Part shown: in pieces, positions 54,407 through 64,000 of the stretch
Layout: every line of letters begins with the position of its first letter
How positions within the stretch are numbered: position 1 is the first letter of the stretch
Source: an uncultured Gammaproteobacteria bacterium
Lineage (GTDB): Bacteria; Patescibacteriota; Microgenomatia; Daviesbacterales; UBA10151
Direction of reading: 5' to 3'
DNA: 64,000 nucleotides
Assembly (NCBI GenBank): GCA_964392925.1
Contig: CAYMRP010000001.1
Coordinates: 229,585-293,584, forward strand
Made by a program: the position numbers and the translations under genes
The notes under the pieces: model-generated
Seen by the model: the letters and a program-made list of their open reading frames with translations, nothing else
What the model was told of the DNA's origin: nothing
Database searches by the model: none

Positions 54407-57379
54407 CTAAAACCCAAACATTTTCTTGATATTCTTAAAAGTTACTGAAATCCAACCTTCAGATGAATTTGACACAACTGGCACAGTAGGGGATGCTACT
54501 TTAGTAGGGGCAGGCTGGCTATCCTGTGATTGCTTTTGCAAAACTTGTGGATCAAAAACCGTTTCTTCCTTAATATTCTGTTTTATCTTAGCAGGTTGTT
54601 TAGCAGTGCTTGTAAGTGTCGTTGTTAAAGGCTTCTGATTCTTATAGAAGACAGATTTGGTTGCAGGACGTGATGCGGTTCTAATAGCTAATGTTTTCCC
54701 CCAATTCCCAGGAACACATGAATTCATCGCTCGTAATCTAATGTAATAAGTTGTGTTAGGAGATAAATTCCCGATAACAAACCCCGAACCTGATAGCGGT
54801 GCCATAAAGCGGTCTTCATTTTCTTTATACCCATAACCCACCGAATATCCAGAGCTCCCGGCCACCGGAGCAAAATAAATTGTCGCACTGTTGTTTGTTG
54901 TATCTATCTGGAACAAATCCGGAGTTCCTTGAGGTGCCGATGCATTGCAAGAACCTGTATCCGAGTTACCGGAAGAGCTGACTGAAGCAGTCTGAGCACC
55001 GGAATCACTGTTCGCGTTGCTGACATTTAACACCAGAGAATATGTAGATGATAGATTCTGATGGACATCCCTGAAACGAATGTATACGGTCTTAGTTCCC
55101 TGACCGCCGGATAAATTGAAGGTAGGTGAGCCGGAGTACCACTGCCAGTCTGCTCCTATGAAAGATGGATCCTCCGAAATCTGCATTTGTAAATTTGTAG
55201 ATGAATCAAAATTATCGGAAGCTGATACTGCCAGGGTGGCCGTATTCGAATTTATAGTAGTTTGTCCTCCTTGAGCACCCAAGCTTCCAGTTGGAGATGT
55301 GGAATCGTTGCTTGACGGAATTGAAATCGTTTCAGCGTGATTTGCTACTTTATAAAATTCAACATCATCCACATACACAGCATCTCCTGACTCAAATGTA
55401 TGCAGGACATCCAGTCTGACACTGGCAGTTGAAGCAGCTGTTGTTAATTTCATCGTGACATACTTCCAATAGCTTGCTGTTGTATTTATATTTGCAGTAT
55501 TTGTTTGAGCAGAACCATTTGTGATATCAACAAATCTTAATCTGGCAAATGAGCTGCCCGGAGTCTGAACAGTAGTCGCTTTTACCCTGGCATTTATAAA
55601 ATAGTCAGTGTTTGCTTCAAGCGATGGAACCAAATTTCCAGTATAGTTAACATAAACACTGCTCGCTACTCCAGTCAATTTTAAGGACTTTGTGCCGCTA
55701 AAAAACTCAGAGGTGTCTGAAGAGGCTGAGGCTCTCTGCTGCCAATTGGTCGGAAAAGTAGCAACTGTTTCAAATGAAGGGTTCGAAACAATATTCTGAG
55801 CCGATAAGCTTGGACCCACTGGAATTGCACTCGAACAGGCAGTTGTTGTACTAACTGATAAATTTGGATTTCCTGAAGAACCAGGTGTATCTCCATCAGC
55901 AAACTGCCCGCCGGTTGCACAATTGTCACTTAAAGTACTTGGAGAAATTAAATCTTCTCCTCCGTAATCAGTCTCCCAGCCCTCTCTGACAAACAAAGTA
56001 TTGGTATGAGAATAAATCCGGTTTCCACTAACTGTAGCGCTGCCAATCGTGGCGCATTTACCAGCATTATAAGTACTAGCATTATCAGTCGGATTACAAA
56101 CATCTGAAGCCTGATCTATATATGCCAAATAAGTTGCACTCCGTACAATATTATCTATAACCATATTATTGGTGTATTGCAGCTGGGCTATCGACGGTGT
56201 AACACCGCCATACTGCACAATTCTGCTGCTTTTTGGATTCATATAAACCAACTGAGTCACTTTACCGTTCACAAGATTACCTTTGACTAAGCTATCAGCA
56301 GCCATCATGCTAATAGCGTTATAACTTGAGGCCTCTTTACCTTCAAAGGTATTTTTATAATTCACTACATACTGAGCCACTCCCCATTCGTTCTCATCAA
56401 CATCGCCATCGCCGTCCCTATCGCGGGTAAAATCATCATTTGTTAGATAAAGAAGCCCTCCATTGACAGTTTTTTTACTAATCGAGGAATAGATGATTCC
56501 ACCACCATGAAGACCATCCAGATAAGAATGATATTCTTCTTTCCCATCAAAAGTGCAACCTCTACACCAAAAATTTGTCAGTGTAGCAATGCCGTACAAA
56601 CTCCCATCATGTGTTCCAATTCCAGTGCCGGAAGTATTTCTAATAGTTATCCTATCCAGCACGACATCCCTGGCTGTTGCTAAATGAACCAAAATATGGG
56701 AAGTCGCATTTCCGTCAAAAATAATATCTTTTAAATAGATATTCTTAATAGGATTCTGAATACAGTGGTTCGATTTCTCATGAAGGTCGCTTGCCGGATT
56801 TCGTGCTCCGGAAAAACCTGTATAGTCAGCTGACTCAGGGCAACCCAGGATTTCAAATTCTTCACGATCTGCCCAATCATCTTCATAATCTTGTGCTGTA
56901 GCATAAGCATGACTTACCTGAAGTATTGTTCCACCGCCTGAATCACCAATAAAATGAATATTATCCCGCTTTAATGTTTGAGTAAAAATCCCTCCGGATT
57001 CAGAATAATCATTTGTTAGATGGACATCTCCACAATAAGTTCCGGCGGATAGTTGTAAGGTATAACCTTTAGTTGGAATAGTCGGCAAGGCATCTAAAGC
57101 ATCCTGAATGCTGGTCCCGCTGCCGCATCCGCCGTCAGGAGCTACCTCAATAACTGTTGGAGGATTTGGCACATATCCGATAGAATATCCGGATGCATTA
57201 TCCGGATTCAAGGGATGACTGTTCCACCAGGTCTCAACATCCTGAGAGTAATTAGGATCTGTGGAAGGAATTCCAGGATCATCCGCTCTTACTATCTCAG
57301 CTGTAAAAGAGCAGCTAACTGAAAGAATCATCAAATAAATAACAATGAATAATTTTTTGTAGAATTGTAAAGTGCGCAT
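54407..57379 (-). CDS. Large secreted protein: right-handed parallel beta-helix (pectin-lyase-fold-like) region, a CBM_4_9-like carbohydrate-binding module and a C-terminal Cys-bracketed FN3 module
   Basis: A signal peptide is present. The central region is beta-helix-like (ISMMAADSLVKGNLVNG..IVQYGG, NNMVIDNIV). The CBM-like segment carries NIVSNPSFE...VYVDDVEFYKV. The FN3 segment carries APQGTPDLFQIDTTNNS...NTTYYIRLRAMNSC. Confidence 0.7.
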   Translation of the reverse strand: MRTLQFYKKLFIVIYLMILSVSCSFTAEIVRADDPGIPSTDPNYSQDVETWWNSHPLNPDNASGYSIGYVPNPPTVIEVAPDGGCGSGTSIQDALDALPTIPTKGYTLQLSAGTYCGDVHLTNDYSESGGIFTQTLKRDNIHFIGDSGGGTILQVSHAYATAQDYEDDWADREEFEILGCPESADYTGFSGARNPASDLHEKSNHCIQNPIKNIYLKDIIFDGNATSHILVHLATARDVVLDRITIRNTSGTGIGTHDGSLYGIATLTNFWCRGCTFDGKEEYHSYLDGLHGGGIIYSSISKKTVNGGLLYLTNDDFTRDRDGDGDVDENEWGVAQYVVNYKNTFEGKEASSYNAISMMAADSLVKGNLVNGKVTQLVYMNPKSSRIVQYGGVTPSIAQLQYTNNMVIDNIVRSATYLAYIDQASDVCNPTDNASTYNAGKCATIGSATVSGNRIYSHTNTLFVREGWETDYGGEDLISPSTLSDNCATGGQFADGDTPGSSGNPNLSVSTTTACSSAIPVGPSLSAQNIVSNPSFETVATFPTNWQQRASASSDTSEFFSGTKSLKLTGVASSVYVNYTGNLVPSLEANTDYFINARVKATTVQTPGSSFARLRFVDITNGSAQTNTANINTTASYWKYVTMKLTTAASTASVRLDVLHTFESGDAVYVDDVEFYKVANHAETISIPSSNDSTSPTGSLGAQGGQTTINSNTATLAVSASDNFDSSTNLQMQISEDPSFIGADWQWYSGSPTFNLSGGQGTKTVYIRFRDVHQNLSSTYSLVLNVSNANSDSGAQTASVSSSGNSDTGSCNASAPQGTPDLFQIDTTNNSATIYFAPVAGSSGYSVGYGYKENEDRFMAPLSGSGFVIGNLSPNTTYYIRLRAMNSCVPGNWGKTLAIRTASRPATKSVFYKNQKPLTTTLTSTAKQPAKIKQNIKEETVFDPQVLQKQSQDSQPAPTKVASPTVPVVSNSSEGWISVTFKNIKKMFGF

Positions 57380-57529
57380 AGTTTAGTCTTATAATTCACT
57401 TTACACTAAGTAGCCAAAGCCTAAAAGACTTCAAAATTACAAAAATTTCTTGTCCAGGCGTGAAATCAAAAATTCTTGAACAATTTCTTACAATTAACTA
57501 AAATTTAATATGACATAATAAAATACATA

Positions 57530-59176
57530 ATGATTAGGTTGCATAAGGGTTGTTTAATCCTCTTCAGCATTTTTCGCAAATACTCTCCCGTGCTCCTAAG
57601 TGCGCTAATGATGTTCTATCAGTTCCCGTCTAATCTTCAAGCCGCCACCGGGACAGACACAATGGCTGCTTACTGGAAGATGGACGAAACAACGGCTGGA
57701 TCTTCTGTTATAGACAGCAGTGGTGATGGGAATACCGGAACTCCTGGTGGGGCGGGGGGAAGTCAGAATGGGCCTCAACCCAGCACCGATGTTCCGACCA
57801 CCTCCTTTCCCGATCCCAGATCTTTGAATTTTGATGGTACAGATGATGATGTTGCAGTCTCAGGATTGGTAGTCGGCACCAGTCAGATAGTGACTCTGAC
57901 GGCCTGGGTCAATTTAACTACCCGTGATACATCCGGCTCCGAAATAATTTCCCTCGGTGATCACGTCCTTATTCGTGCTGACGACAGCTCCAGTCAGAAA
58001 ACTACTGGACAATTTTATAATGGTACTACTTGGATTGGGACCGGTTCAGGTGTTGATATCGCGGGAAGCGGTTGGCGACACGTGGCTTATGTAGCCCATC
58101 AAGTATCAGGTAATTTCTATCAGCAAATATATATAGATGGTGTGCTGGATACTCAGACTACTAACGCCACCAGCATCGTTTATACAGGTCAGGGTCAAAA
58201 CACGAAAATCGGGGAGCACGGTAATGGGAGTACAAACTATAATTTTAACGGCAAAATTGATGACGTTAGGGTGTACACCAGAGCTCTCTCAGCAGCCGAA
58301 ATAGCAGATCTGGCAGCAGGGGAGCACACCGAAGCTGTTTGGGACGGCTCATCATCTACCGACAACGAAGTAGCCGCTAATTGGGATATTAATGCAGTTC
58401 CCGATCCTTATACCAGGCTGGTTATTGCCTCCGCAGCCAATCAGCCATCTTTAACCACAAACCTAATAGCAGCTTCCCTTACTATTAATAATGGTGCTGT
58501 CTTTTCTGCTAACTGTTTCACAGTTACATATAATGATAGCGGCAGCTTAGTAAACAACGGCACTTATAATGGTTGCCCCTCACCAGCTGCCAATTCGAAC
58601 TCGTCGTCAAGTCTTTCTTCCGATTCATCTCCTCCGTCCTGCAACAGCCAAGCTCCTACGGAGGCTCCAGATTTGTTTCAGGTTGACAGTTTTAATAATT
58701 CCGTAGCTCTTCACTTCACCACGATCAGGGGTATTAGCGAGTATTCAATTCAGTATGGCCCAGATTCTAACGCAAACCTCTACGGTGATATTTTTAACTA
58801 TAGCGGACCGGCCTGGATCATTGATCGCCGCATTCATCAACTAACTCCATCAACAACCTACTATTTCAAAGTAAGAGCCATTAATGGCTGTAACGCCGGA
58901 CCCTGGAGTCAGACAATCTCAGTCAAAACAAGAAGTAAATGGAATCTGTTTGCCGGTTATTTCTCCGGAGGGAAAACTCTAAGTAATGATTCCTCAGGCA
59001 ATCAGACTGCCGGTGATGTGATTGACTCCTGTGATTATCTAGTCAGACCAGGAGACAGTTTATGGGAGATATCCCTTAGGAAGTGGAACACTGGAACCAG
59101 ATATAAAGATATCGATGAAATCAATAAATTGGATGGTAAGCCATTGAGAACTGGCCAGCAGCTCAAACTGTGTTAG
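57530..59176 (+). CDS. Secreted protein with a LamG/concanavalin-A-like lectin domain, an FN3 module and a C-terminal LysM domain
   Basis: The LamG-like segment carries LNFDGTDDDVAVS..TLTAWVNL..IYIDGVLD..FNGKIDDVRVYTRALSAAEIADL. The FN3 segment (APTEAPDLFQVDSFNNS..TTYYFKVRAINGC) is homologous to the FN3 of the divergent neighbour. The LysM domain carries YLVRPGDSLWEIS...LRTGQQLKL. Confidence 0.75.
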   Translation: MIRLHKGCLILFSIFRKYSPVLLSALMMFYQFPSNLQAATGTDTMAAYWKMDETTAGSSVIDSSGDGNTGTPGGAGGSQNGPQPSTDVPTTSFPDPRSLNFDGTDDDVAVSGLVVGTSQIVTLTAWVNLTTRDTSGSEIISLGDHVLIRADDSSSQKTTGQFYNGTTWIGTGSGVDIAGSGWRHVAYVAHQVSGNFYQQIYIDGVLDTQTTNATSIVYTGQGQNTKIGEHGNGSTNYNFNGKIDDVRVYTRALSAAEIADLAAGEHTEAVWDGSSSTDNEVAANWDINAVPDPYTRLVIASAANQPSLTTNLIAASLTINNGAVFSANCFTVTYNDSGSLVNNGTYNGCPSPAANSNSSSSLSSDSSPPSCNSQAPTEAPDLFQVDSFNNSVALHFTTIRGISEYSIQYGPDSNANLYGDIFNYSGPAWIIDRRIHQLTPSTTYYFKVRAINGCNAGPWSQTISVKTRSKWNLFAGYFSGGKTLSNDSSGNQTAGDVIDSCDYLVRPGDSLWEISLRKWNTGTRYKDIDEINKLDGKPLRTGQQLKLC

Positions 59177-59245
59177 AGCAGATAAACCTGATATTTACCC
59201 AGCTAATTTGACAATCTTGGTAATATTTTGTTAAAGTTTTTAAAG

Positions 59246-59899
59246 ATGAAAAAATTTCTGCCAGCAATTTTTGTCGTAGCAGTCCTACTTACTCCGATGT
59301 ACCCGGTCTATGCTCAAGGCACTACCGCTTCACCAGCCCGGAATGCTAAAACTTCCACTTCTTCAGCCAAACCAGTTATGGAAAAAATCGAAAAAGCTGG
59401 TCAAAAAATGGAGAACACTATTCTTAAAATGGAAAATAAAATGGCATCCCGAGAAGCAGAACTTAAAAATAAACTTCTGAAATTTAAGAATAAAGCTAAA
59501 GCCACCAGAGTCGAAAATATAAATTCTAATCTTTCTGAAGTCAATGCTAAAGCTACTGACAGAATGCAGGACAGTCTCGACCGCATGGCCTCTTTGGTTG
59601 CAAAACTTAAAACCTGGATTGCAGAGCAAGAATCAACCGGCAAAGATATGTCTTCTGCCAAAAATGATCTTATGGATTTAGAATCTCAATGGGAAGCCGC
59701 CTCATCATCTGTCTCCGCTCAAGCTCAAAATGACTATACAGTAGCTGTTACTACTGAGACTGCCGCCAAAACTGATGTTAAAATTGTTAGAGATCAACTT
59801 CATTCTGATCTAAAAACCGTTAATACTCAACTTGTTTCTATTAAGCAAGGTATTTCTGGTTTGTTAAGCTCTTGGAGAGGACAATCAAATGGACAATAA
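59246..59899 (+). CDS. Secreted coiled-coil protein, hypothetical
   Basis: The signal peptide is MKKFLPAIFVVAVLLTPMYPVYAQG. The mature part is K/E-rich and helical. The ORF track starts 6 codons earlier. Confidence 0.5.
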   Translation: MKKFLPAIFVVAVLLTPMYPVYAQGTTASPARNAKTSTSSAKPVMEKIEKAGQKMENTILKMENKMASREAELKNKLLKFKNKAKATRVENINSNLSEVNAKATDRMQDSLDRMASLVAKLKTWIAEQESTGKDMSSAKNDLMDLESQWEAASSSVSAQAQNDYTVAVTTETAAKTDVKIVRDQLHSDLKTVNTQLVSIKQGISGLLSSWRGQSNGQ

Positions 59900-60374
59900 A
59901 ACAGGTAACACTGGTGATAATTTAATGCCTCCTGCAGTTCCAACTCCTGCAGTTCCTAACTCCGCAGCAGCTCCGACGCAGCCATCTTCACTTCCACCTG
60001 CACCACCCCCACCTCAGCCCTCACCTTTAGGCGCTCCATCAACTTACACTTCACCGCCTCCGGCTACTGTCACTCAATCATCAGGCGGATCGAAGAAACC
60101 AATGATGGTTATGGTTATTATCATTCTATTAGTTTTAATTATTGGAGCAGCTGGTTTTTATTATTACCAAACTATGATGACCAGTAATGGGGCCAGCACT
60201 ACAGAAGAACAACAAATGCAAACAGGTAACGGCTTAAATAATTTAAATACTGAATTAGAATCAGTTCAGATCACAGATCCGGCCGGTGATTTTGTAGAAA
60301 TCGATCAGGAAATCACTAGTCTCGATGCCACCTCATCTGCCTCCGCATCTCCTTCAGCCCGTCTGTCAAGATAA
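59889..60374 (+). CDS. Proline-rich single-pass membrane protein, hypothetical
   Basis: A Pro-rich N-terminus (PPAVPTPAVPNSAAAPTQPSSLPPAPPPPQPSP) is followed by a TM segment (MMVMVIIILLVLIIGAAGFYYY) and an acidic C-terminus. The gene overlaps the upstream one by 11 nt. Confidence 0.5.
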   Translation: MDNKTGNTGDNLMPPAVPTPAVPNSAAAPTQPSSLPPAPPPPQPSPLGAPSTYTSPPPATVTQSSGGSKKPMMVMVIIILLVLIIGAAGFYYYQTMMTSNGASTTEEQQMQTGNGLNNLNTELESVQITDPAGDFVEIDQEITSLDATSSASASPSARLSR

Positions 60375-60401
60375 CTTGTTATATCGTGCTATACTAAATT
60401 C

Positions 60402-60902
60402 ATGTTGATTAAATATGTCTATATTGTCTTTCTTGGCTTGATACTCGCCACCTTCGTTGGGGTTGGAATTTCCGCTTTCTATAAAGGACCTGTTTATCCT
60501 GAAACTCCGCTTTCTCTAAAATACTCCCGCCCTTACCAAGAAGTAGATAATGCCACACCGTCAGCCGAGTATATTAAAGAACAGGAAGCTTTTGATGCTC
60601 AAAGCAAGCTTTTTCAAGATCAAACCAATCAATATAATAAAAATGTTTCTATAATGGCTATGATTTTCGCCGTCCTGATGCTGATAGTCAGCCTGACGCT
60701 CTTCAAAAGAATCACTATTATTGCTGATGGCTTATTATTAGGAGGAGTTCTAACACTGGCTTATTCAATCATCCGCGGTTTTGGCAGTGAAGATGATATG
60801 TTTAGATTCTTTGTTGTGGGTGCTGGATTAATAACTGCGATGGTTCTAGGCTATATCAAATTCGTCGCTCCTCAAGCTAAGAAAACTAAATCTTCTAAGT
60901 AA
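60402..60902 (+). CDS. Integral membrane protein, hypothetical
   Basis: The 166-aa product has four hydrophobic helices. Confidence 0.45.
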   Translation: MLIKYVYIVFLGLILATFVGVGISAFYKGPVYPETPLSLKYSRPYQEVDNATPSAEYIKEQEAFDAQSKLFQDQTNQYNKNVSIMAMIFAVLMLIVSLTLFKRITIIADGLLLGGVLTLAYSIIRGFGSEDDMFRFFVVGAGLITAMVLGYIKFVAPQAKKTKSSK

Positions 60903-60945
60903 TCTGTTGTTGAAATTCCCTACGAAACGCAGGTATAGTTAATTA

Positions 60946-61737
60946 ATGCGCCCAATCTTCTCAGGAGTTTTATCGTTCGGTTTAATTAATATCCCCATCA
61001 AAGTTTACTCAGCCACAGCAGGGGTTGAAATGGATCTAAGAATGCTACACAAAACAGATCTTTCTCCAATCCGCTACGCTAAAATCTGCCGGAAAGATGG
61101 CAAAGAGATTGCTATGGGAGACATAGTTAAAGGTTATGAATATCAGGAAGGTGATTATGTTGTTTTAACCGAAGATGATTTCAAAGCCGCTAATGTCAAA
61201 CGAACAGAAGCCATAGATGTTGTGGATTTTGTTAAAGAATCAGAAATAGATACCATCTATTTTGAAAAACCTTATTATCTCGAACCGGACAAAGGGGCTG
61301 GGAAAGCCTATTCAATTCTTCTTGAATCCCTTAGAAAAGCCCGTAAAGTTGGTGTCGCCAAATTTGTCTTTCATAATCGCGAGCATTTAGGAATAATAAA
61401 ACCGCACGCTAACTTAATTGTTCTTGAACAAATGAGATTCGAAGATGAAGTCAAAGCTCCTGAAAAACTAAATCTGCCAAAGCATGAAACCATCAGAAGC
61501 AAAGAATTGACAATGGCAATGTCTTTGATCGACCATTTAACGGAAAAATTTGACATCGGCGACTACCACGACAGTTACAGAAAAGAACTCGAAGCTTTAA
61601 TTAAAAATAAAATTAAAGGCCATAAACCAGTAAAAATAGATAAAGGAGAGGCTCCTCATCCAACAAAATCTGCCGATCTGATGACTCTCCTCAAAGCCAG
61701 CCTGGAAAAAGCCAACAGCCGCCCAATGCAAATTTAA
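60946..61737 (+). CDS. ku: Ku protein (non-homologous end joining DNA-end-binding protein)
   Basis: The N-terminus MRPIFSGVLSFGLINIPIKVYSAT matches the bacterial Ku core. The C-terminal tail is Lys-rich. Confidence 0.9.
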   Translation: MRPIFSGVLSFGLINIPIKVYSATAGVEMDLRMLHKTDLSPIRYAKICRKDGKEIAMGDIVKGYEYQEGDYVVLTEDDFKAANVKRTEAIDVVDFVKESEIDTIYFEKPYYLEPDKGAGKAYSILLESLRKARKVGVAKFVFHNREHLGIIKPHANLIVLEQMRFEDEVKAPEKLNLPKHETIRSKELTMAMSLIDHLTEKFDIGDYHDSYRKELEALIKNKIKGHKPVKIDKGEAPHPTKSADLMTLLKASLEKANSRPMQI

Positions 61738-61800
61738 CAATCTAACAATCGAACACTTTAACAATTTAAAAATCAAACAATTTAACAATTTAACAATTTA
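61738..61800. repeat. Short tandem repeat (AACAATTTA-like units, about 7 copies) in the ku-ligD intergenic spacer
   Basis: The spacer reads caatctaacaatcgaacactttaacaatttaaaaatcaaacaatttaacaatttaacaattta. Confidence 0.5.
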
Positions 61801-61806
61801 ATCCTA

Positions 61807-64000
61807 ATGACCCTTGCCCAATACAATAAAAAACGTAAATTCGATAAAACACCTGAGCCTTCCGGAGAAATAAAGAACAGTAAGGGTCCCTTAACTTTTG
61901 TAATCCAGCGTCATGAAGCCAGCCGTCTTCATTACGACTTCAGATTGGAAATGGATGGAGTCTTGAAATCCTGGGCAGTCCCCAAAGGCCCTTCAAATGA
62001 TCCGGAAGATAAACGCTTAGCAATGATGGTCGAAGATCACCCGATGAATTATGCCAATTTCGAAGGCATTATTCCCAAAGGCCAATATGGCGGCGGCACA
62101 GTTATGGTGTGGGATAGGGGAGTCTATCGACCATATGAAGGCACCTCACGCGCCGACCAGGAAAAGATTCTCCTTAAGCAGCTTAAAGAAGGTCACCTAA
62201 CTTTTATAATGTTAGGCGAAAAACTAAAAGGCGAATTCGCCTTAATTAAAATTCAAAGATCTGAAGAAGAAAATGCCTGGCTACTTGTCAAGAAAAATGA
62301 CGAATATTCTTCAACTTCTGACATTTTAAAAAAGGATAAATCAGTAATAAGTGATCGTTCAATGAAAGAAATTGAAAATCAGGCCGAAAAGAAAAATGAA
62401 GTTTGGTATAGCAAACCCAAAAATTTGGAAACTGATGATTTACCCAAAGAAAAATTTCCTCACGATATTAGGCCAATGCTTGCAGAAACCTCGGATGAAT
62501 CTTTTGATAAAAAAGATTGGCTATTTGAAATGAAATGGGATGGTTATCGGACAATTGCAGAAATTGAAAATAATAAAGTAAAACTCTACTCAAGAAATCT
62601 TCAGTCCTTTGATGAAAAATTTGCAGAAGTAAAAAAGTCTTTAGAAAAGTTTCCCGGCAATGCAGTTTTGGATGGGGAAGTGGTTGTGGTTGATAAAGAC
62701 GGCAGACCCAATTTCGGCTGGCTCCAGGACTATCCTAAATCAAAACCCGGCGAACTTATATATTATGTTTTCGATATTCTTCATTACGACGGCCACAATC
62801 TAAAAAAACTGCCGTTAATTGAAAGAAAAGAATTACTCCAAAAAATCCTTCCAAATTTGCCCCACATTAAATACTCAGATCACATTCTAGAAACCGGAAA
62901 AGAGTTTTTCAAACAAGCTCAAAAACTTAAATTGGAAGGAGTTATAGCCAAAGATTCCAGAAGTATGTATAAAGAAAATTCCCGGTCTTTCCATTGGTTA
63001 AAAATAAAAACCGGATTTCGGGAGGAAGCCTTAATCTGTGGTTTCACAGAAGGTAAAGGCGGCAGAAAGCATTTTGGAGCCCTGGTCCTCGGTATAAAAA
63101 AGAAAGGCAAATTAACTTATATTGGCCACACTGGTGGAGGCTTTGATGAAAAACTTCTGGAATCGCTTTACCAAAAAATGGAACCATTAATTCAAAATAA
63201 TTCTCCATTTGAAGAAGTTCCCAAAACGAATGCCCCGGTTACCTGGATTAATCCGGTACTAACCTGCGAAGTCAGTTTTAAAGAATGGACCAACGATAAT
63301 ATTATGCGCCAGCCAATATTCGTAGGGTTAAGAGAAGATGCCCAGCTAGTATCTGAAGATCATGCTGAATCTCCAAATTCAGAAGTTGTCCATATAGGTA
63401 AGAGATCTTTGAAATTAACTAATTTGGGTAAAGTCTTCTGGCCAAAAGAAAAATACACCAAAGGTGATCTAATAAATTATTACCGCGAAATAGCCCCATT
63501 TATTTTGCCGCATCTTAAAGACAGACCTCAATCACTTTTAAGATACCCAAATGGAATAACCGGTGAAAGTTTCTTCCAGAAAAACGTTTCAAATCTAAAA
63601 CTTGATTGGATGCAAAGAGCCCGGATAAAACACGACAAAGAAACAATTGAATATATGTTAGTCCAAGATGAAGCAGCTCTAATTTATTTGATAAATTTAG
63701 GATGCATCGATTTAAATCCCTGGTCCTCAAGAATTCACAAATTAGATAATCCCGATTATTTAGTAATAGACCTTGACCCTTTGGAAGTAAGCTTTGAAAC
63801 AGTGGTGGAAGTTGCCTTAACATGTCGTAAAGTTTTGGAAAAACTGAATATTCCCTCTTATCCAAAAACCTCCGGCGCAACGGGCATTCATATTTATGTT
63901 CCCATGGGTGCCAAATATAATTATGAAACTGTTAAGCATTTTGCCAATCTCCTCTGCATCAAAATTCATGAACAAATCCCGGCGGTAACTAGTGTCGAGC
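61807..64000 (+). CDS. ligD: Multidomain ATP-dependent DNA ligase LigD (phosphoesterase, ligase and polymerase/primase domains), 3'-truncated by the window end
   Basis: The PE domain carries YNKKRKFDKTPEP and FVIQRHEASRLHYDFRLE. Ligase motif I is KWDGYR. The Pol domain carries LRYPNG..FFQK and DLDP. The reading frame is open to position 64000 and was checked at three points. Confidence 0.85.
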   Translation, partial: MTLAQYNKKRKFDKTPEPSGEIKNSKGPLTFVIQRHEASRLHYDFRLEMDGVLKSWAVPKGPSNDPEDKRLAMMVEDHPMNYANFEGIIPKGQYGGGTVMVWDRGVYRPYEGTSRADQEKILLKQLKEGHLTFIMLGEKLKGEFALIKIQRSEEENAWLLVKKNDEYSSTSDILKKDKSVISDRSMKEIENQAEKKNEVWYSKPKNLETDDLPKEKFPHDIRPMLAETSDESFDKKDWLFEMKWDGYRTIAEIENNKVKLYSRNLQSFDEKFAEVKKSLEKFPGNAVLDGEVVVVDKDGRPNFGWLQDYPKSKPGELIYYVFDILHYDGHNLKKLPLIERKELLQKILPNLPHIKYSDHILETGKEFFKQAQKLKLEGVIAKDSRSMYKENSRSFHWLKIKTGFREEALICGFTEGKGGRKHFGALVLGIKKKGKLTYIGHTGGGFDEKLLESLYQKMEPLIQNNSPFEEVPKTNAPVTWINPVLTCEVSFKEWTNDNIMRQPIFVGLREDAQLVSEDHAESPNSEVVHIGKRSLKLTNLGKVFWPKEKYTKGDLINYYREIAPFILPHLKDRPQSLLRYPNGITGESFFQKNVSNLKLDWMQRARIKHDKETIEYMLVQDEAALIYLINLGCIDLNPWSSRIHKLDNPDYLVIDLDPLEVSFETVVEVALTCRKVLEKLNIPSYPKTSGATGIHIYVPMGAKYNYETVKHFANLLCIKIHEQIPAVTSVE

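Overview
This 64 kb window looks like a gene-dense, AT-rich segment of a small-genome bacterium, probably Candidate Phyla Radiation/Patescibacteria. The clues are abundant Pro-Thr-linker surface proteins, a sortase, weak Shine-Dalgarno usage and short intergenic regions. UGA is read as a stop codon. I call about 60 protein genes and four tRNAs: Lys-CTT, Arg-TCG, His-GTG with an encoded G-1, and Arg-TCT. No rRNA or CRISPR array is present. Recognisable housekeeping and metabolic genes are ppsA, pyk, UDP-glucuronate decarboxylase, msrB, dinB, the NHEJ pair ku plus a partial ligD, yhhQ, an ABC-2 exporter, an MFS transporter, a CaCA exchanger, a PAP2 phosphatase, an LLM oxidoreductase, a 2-hydroxyacid dehydrogenase, a Crp/Fnr regulator and a sortase. 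There is also a CsoR-controlled DUF305 plus HMBD-DUF4396 copper cassette. Much of the window encodes large secreted or membrane-anchored multidomain proteins: two giant tandem paralogs at 8.5-14.7 kb, two tandem paralogs at 0.2-2.7 kb, and a divergent pair at 54.4-59.2 kb carrying FN3, CBM, beta-helix, LamG and LysM modules. The most accessory-looking loci are the 3' sides of three tRNA genes. tRNA-Lys is followed by an AlbA_2/Schlafen-like protein and an unknown 436-aa partner, which I treat as a candidate defence module. tRNA-His has a 15-nt direct repeat bracketing an orphan gene. tRNA-Arg(TCT) has a 19-nt duplication of its 3' end about 170 bp downstream, followed by another orphan gene. 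Other points of interest are a GIY-YIG gene flanked by mirror-image triple-hairpin arms, an unannotated 58-aa secreted peptide gene with a strong ribosome-binding site upstream of the sortase, and a perfect 14-bp inverted repeat bracketing the dinB promoter. The ORF track uses TTG/GTG as starts in several places, so some starts below are my refinements. All coordinates carry about +/-1-3 nt uncertainty.
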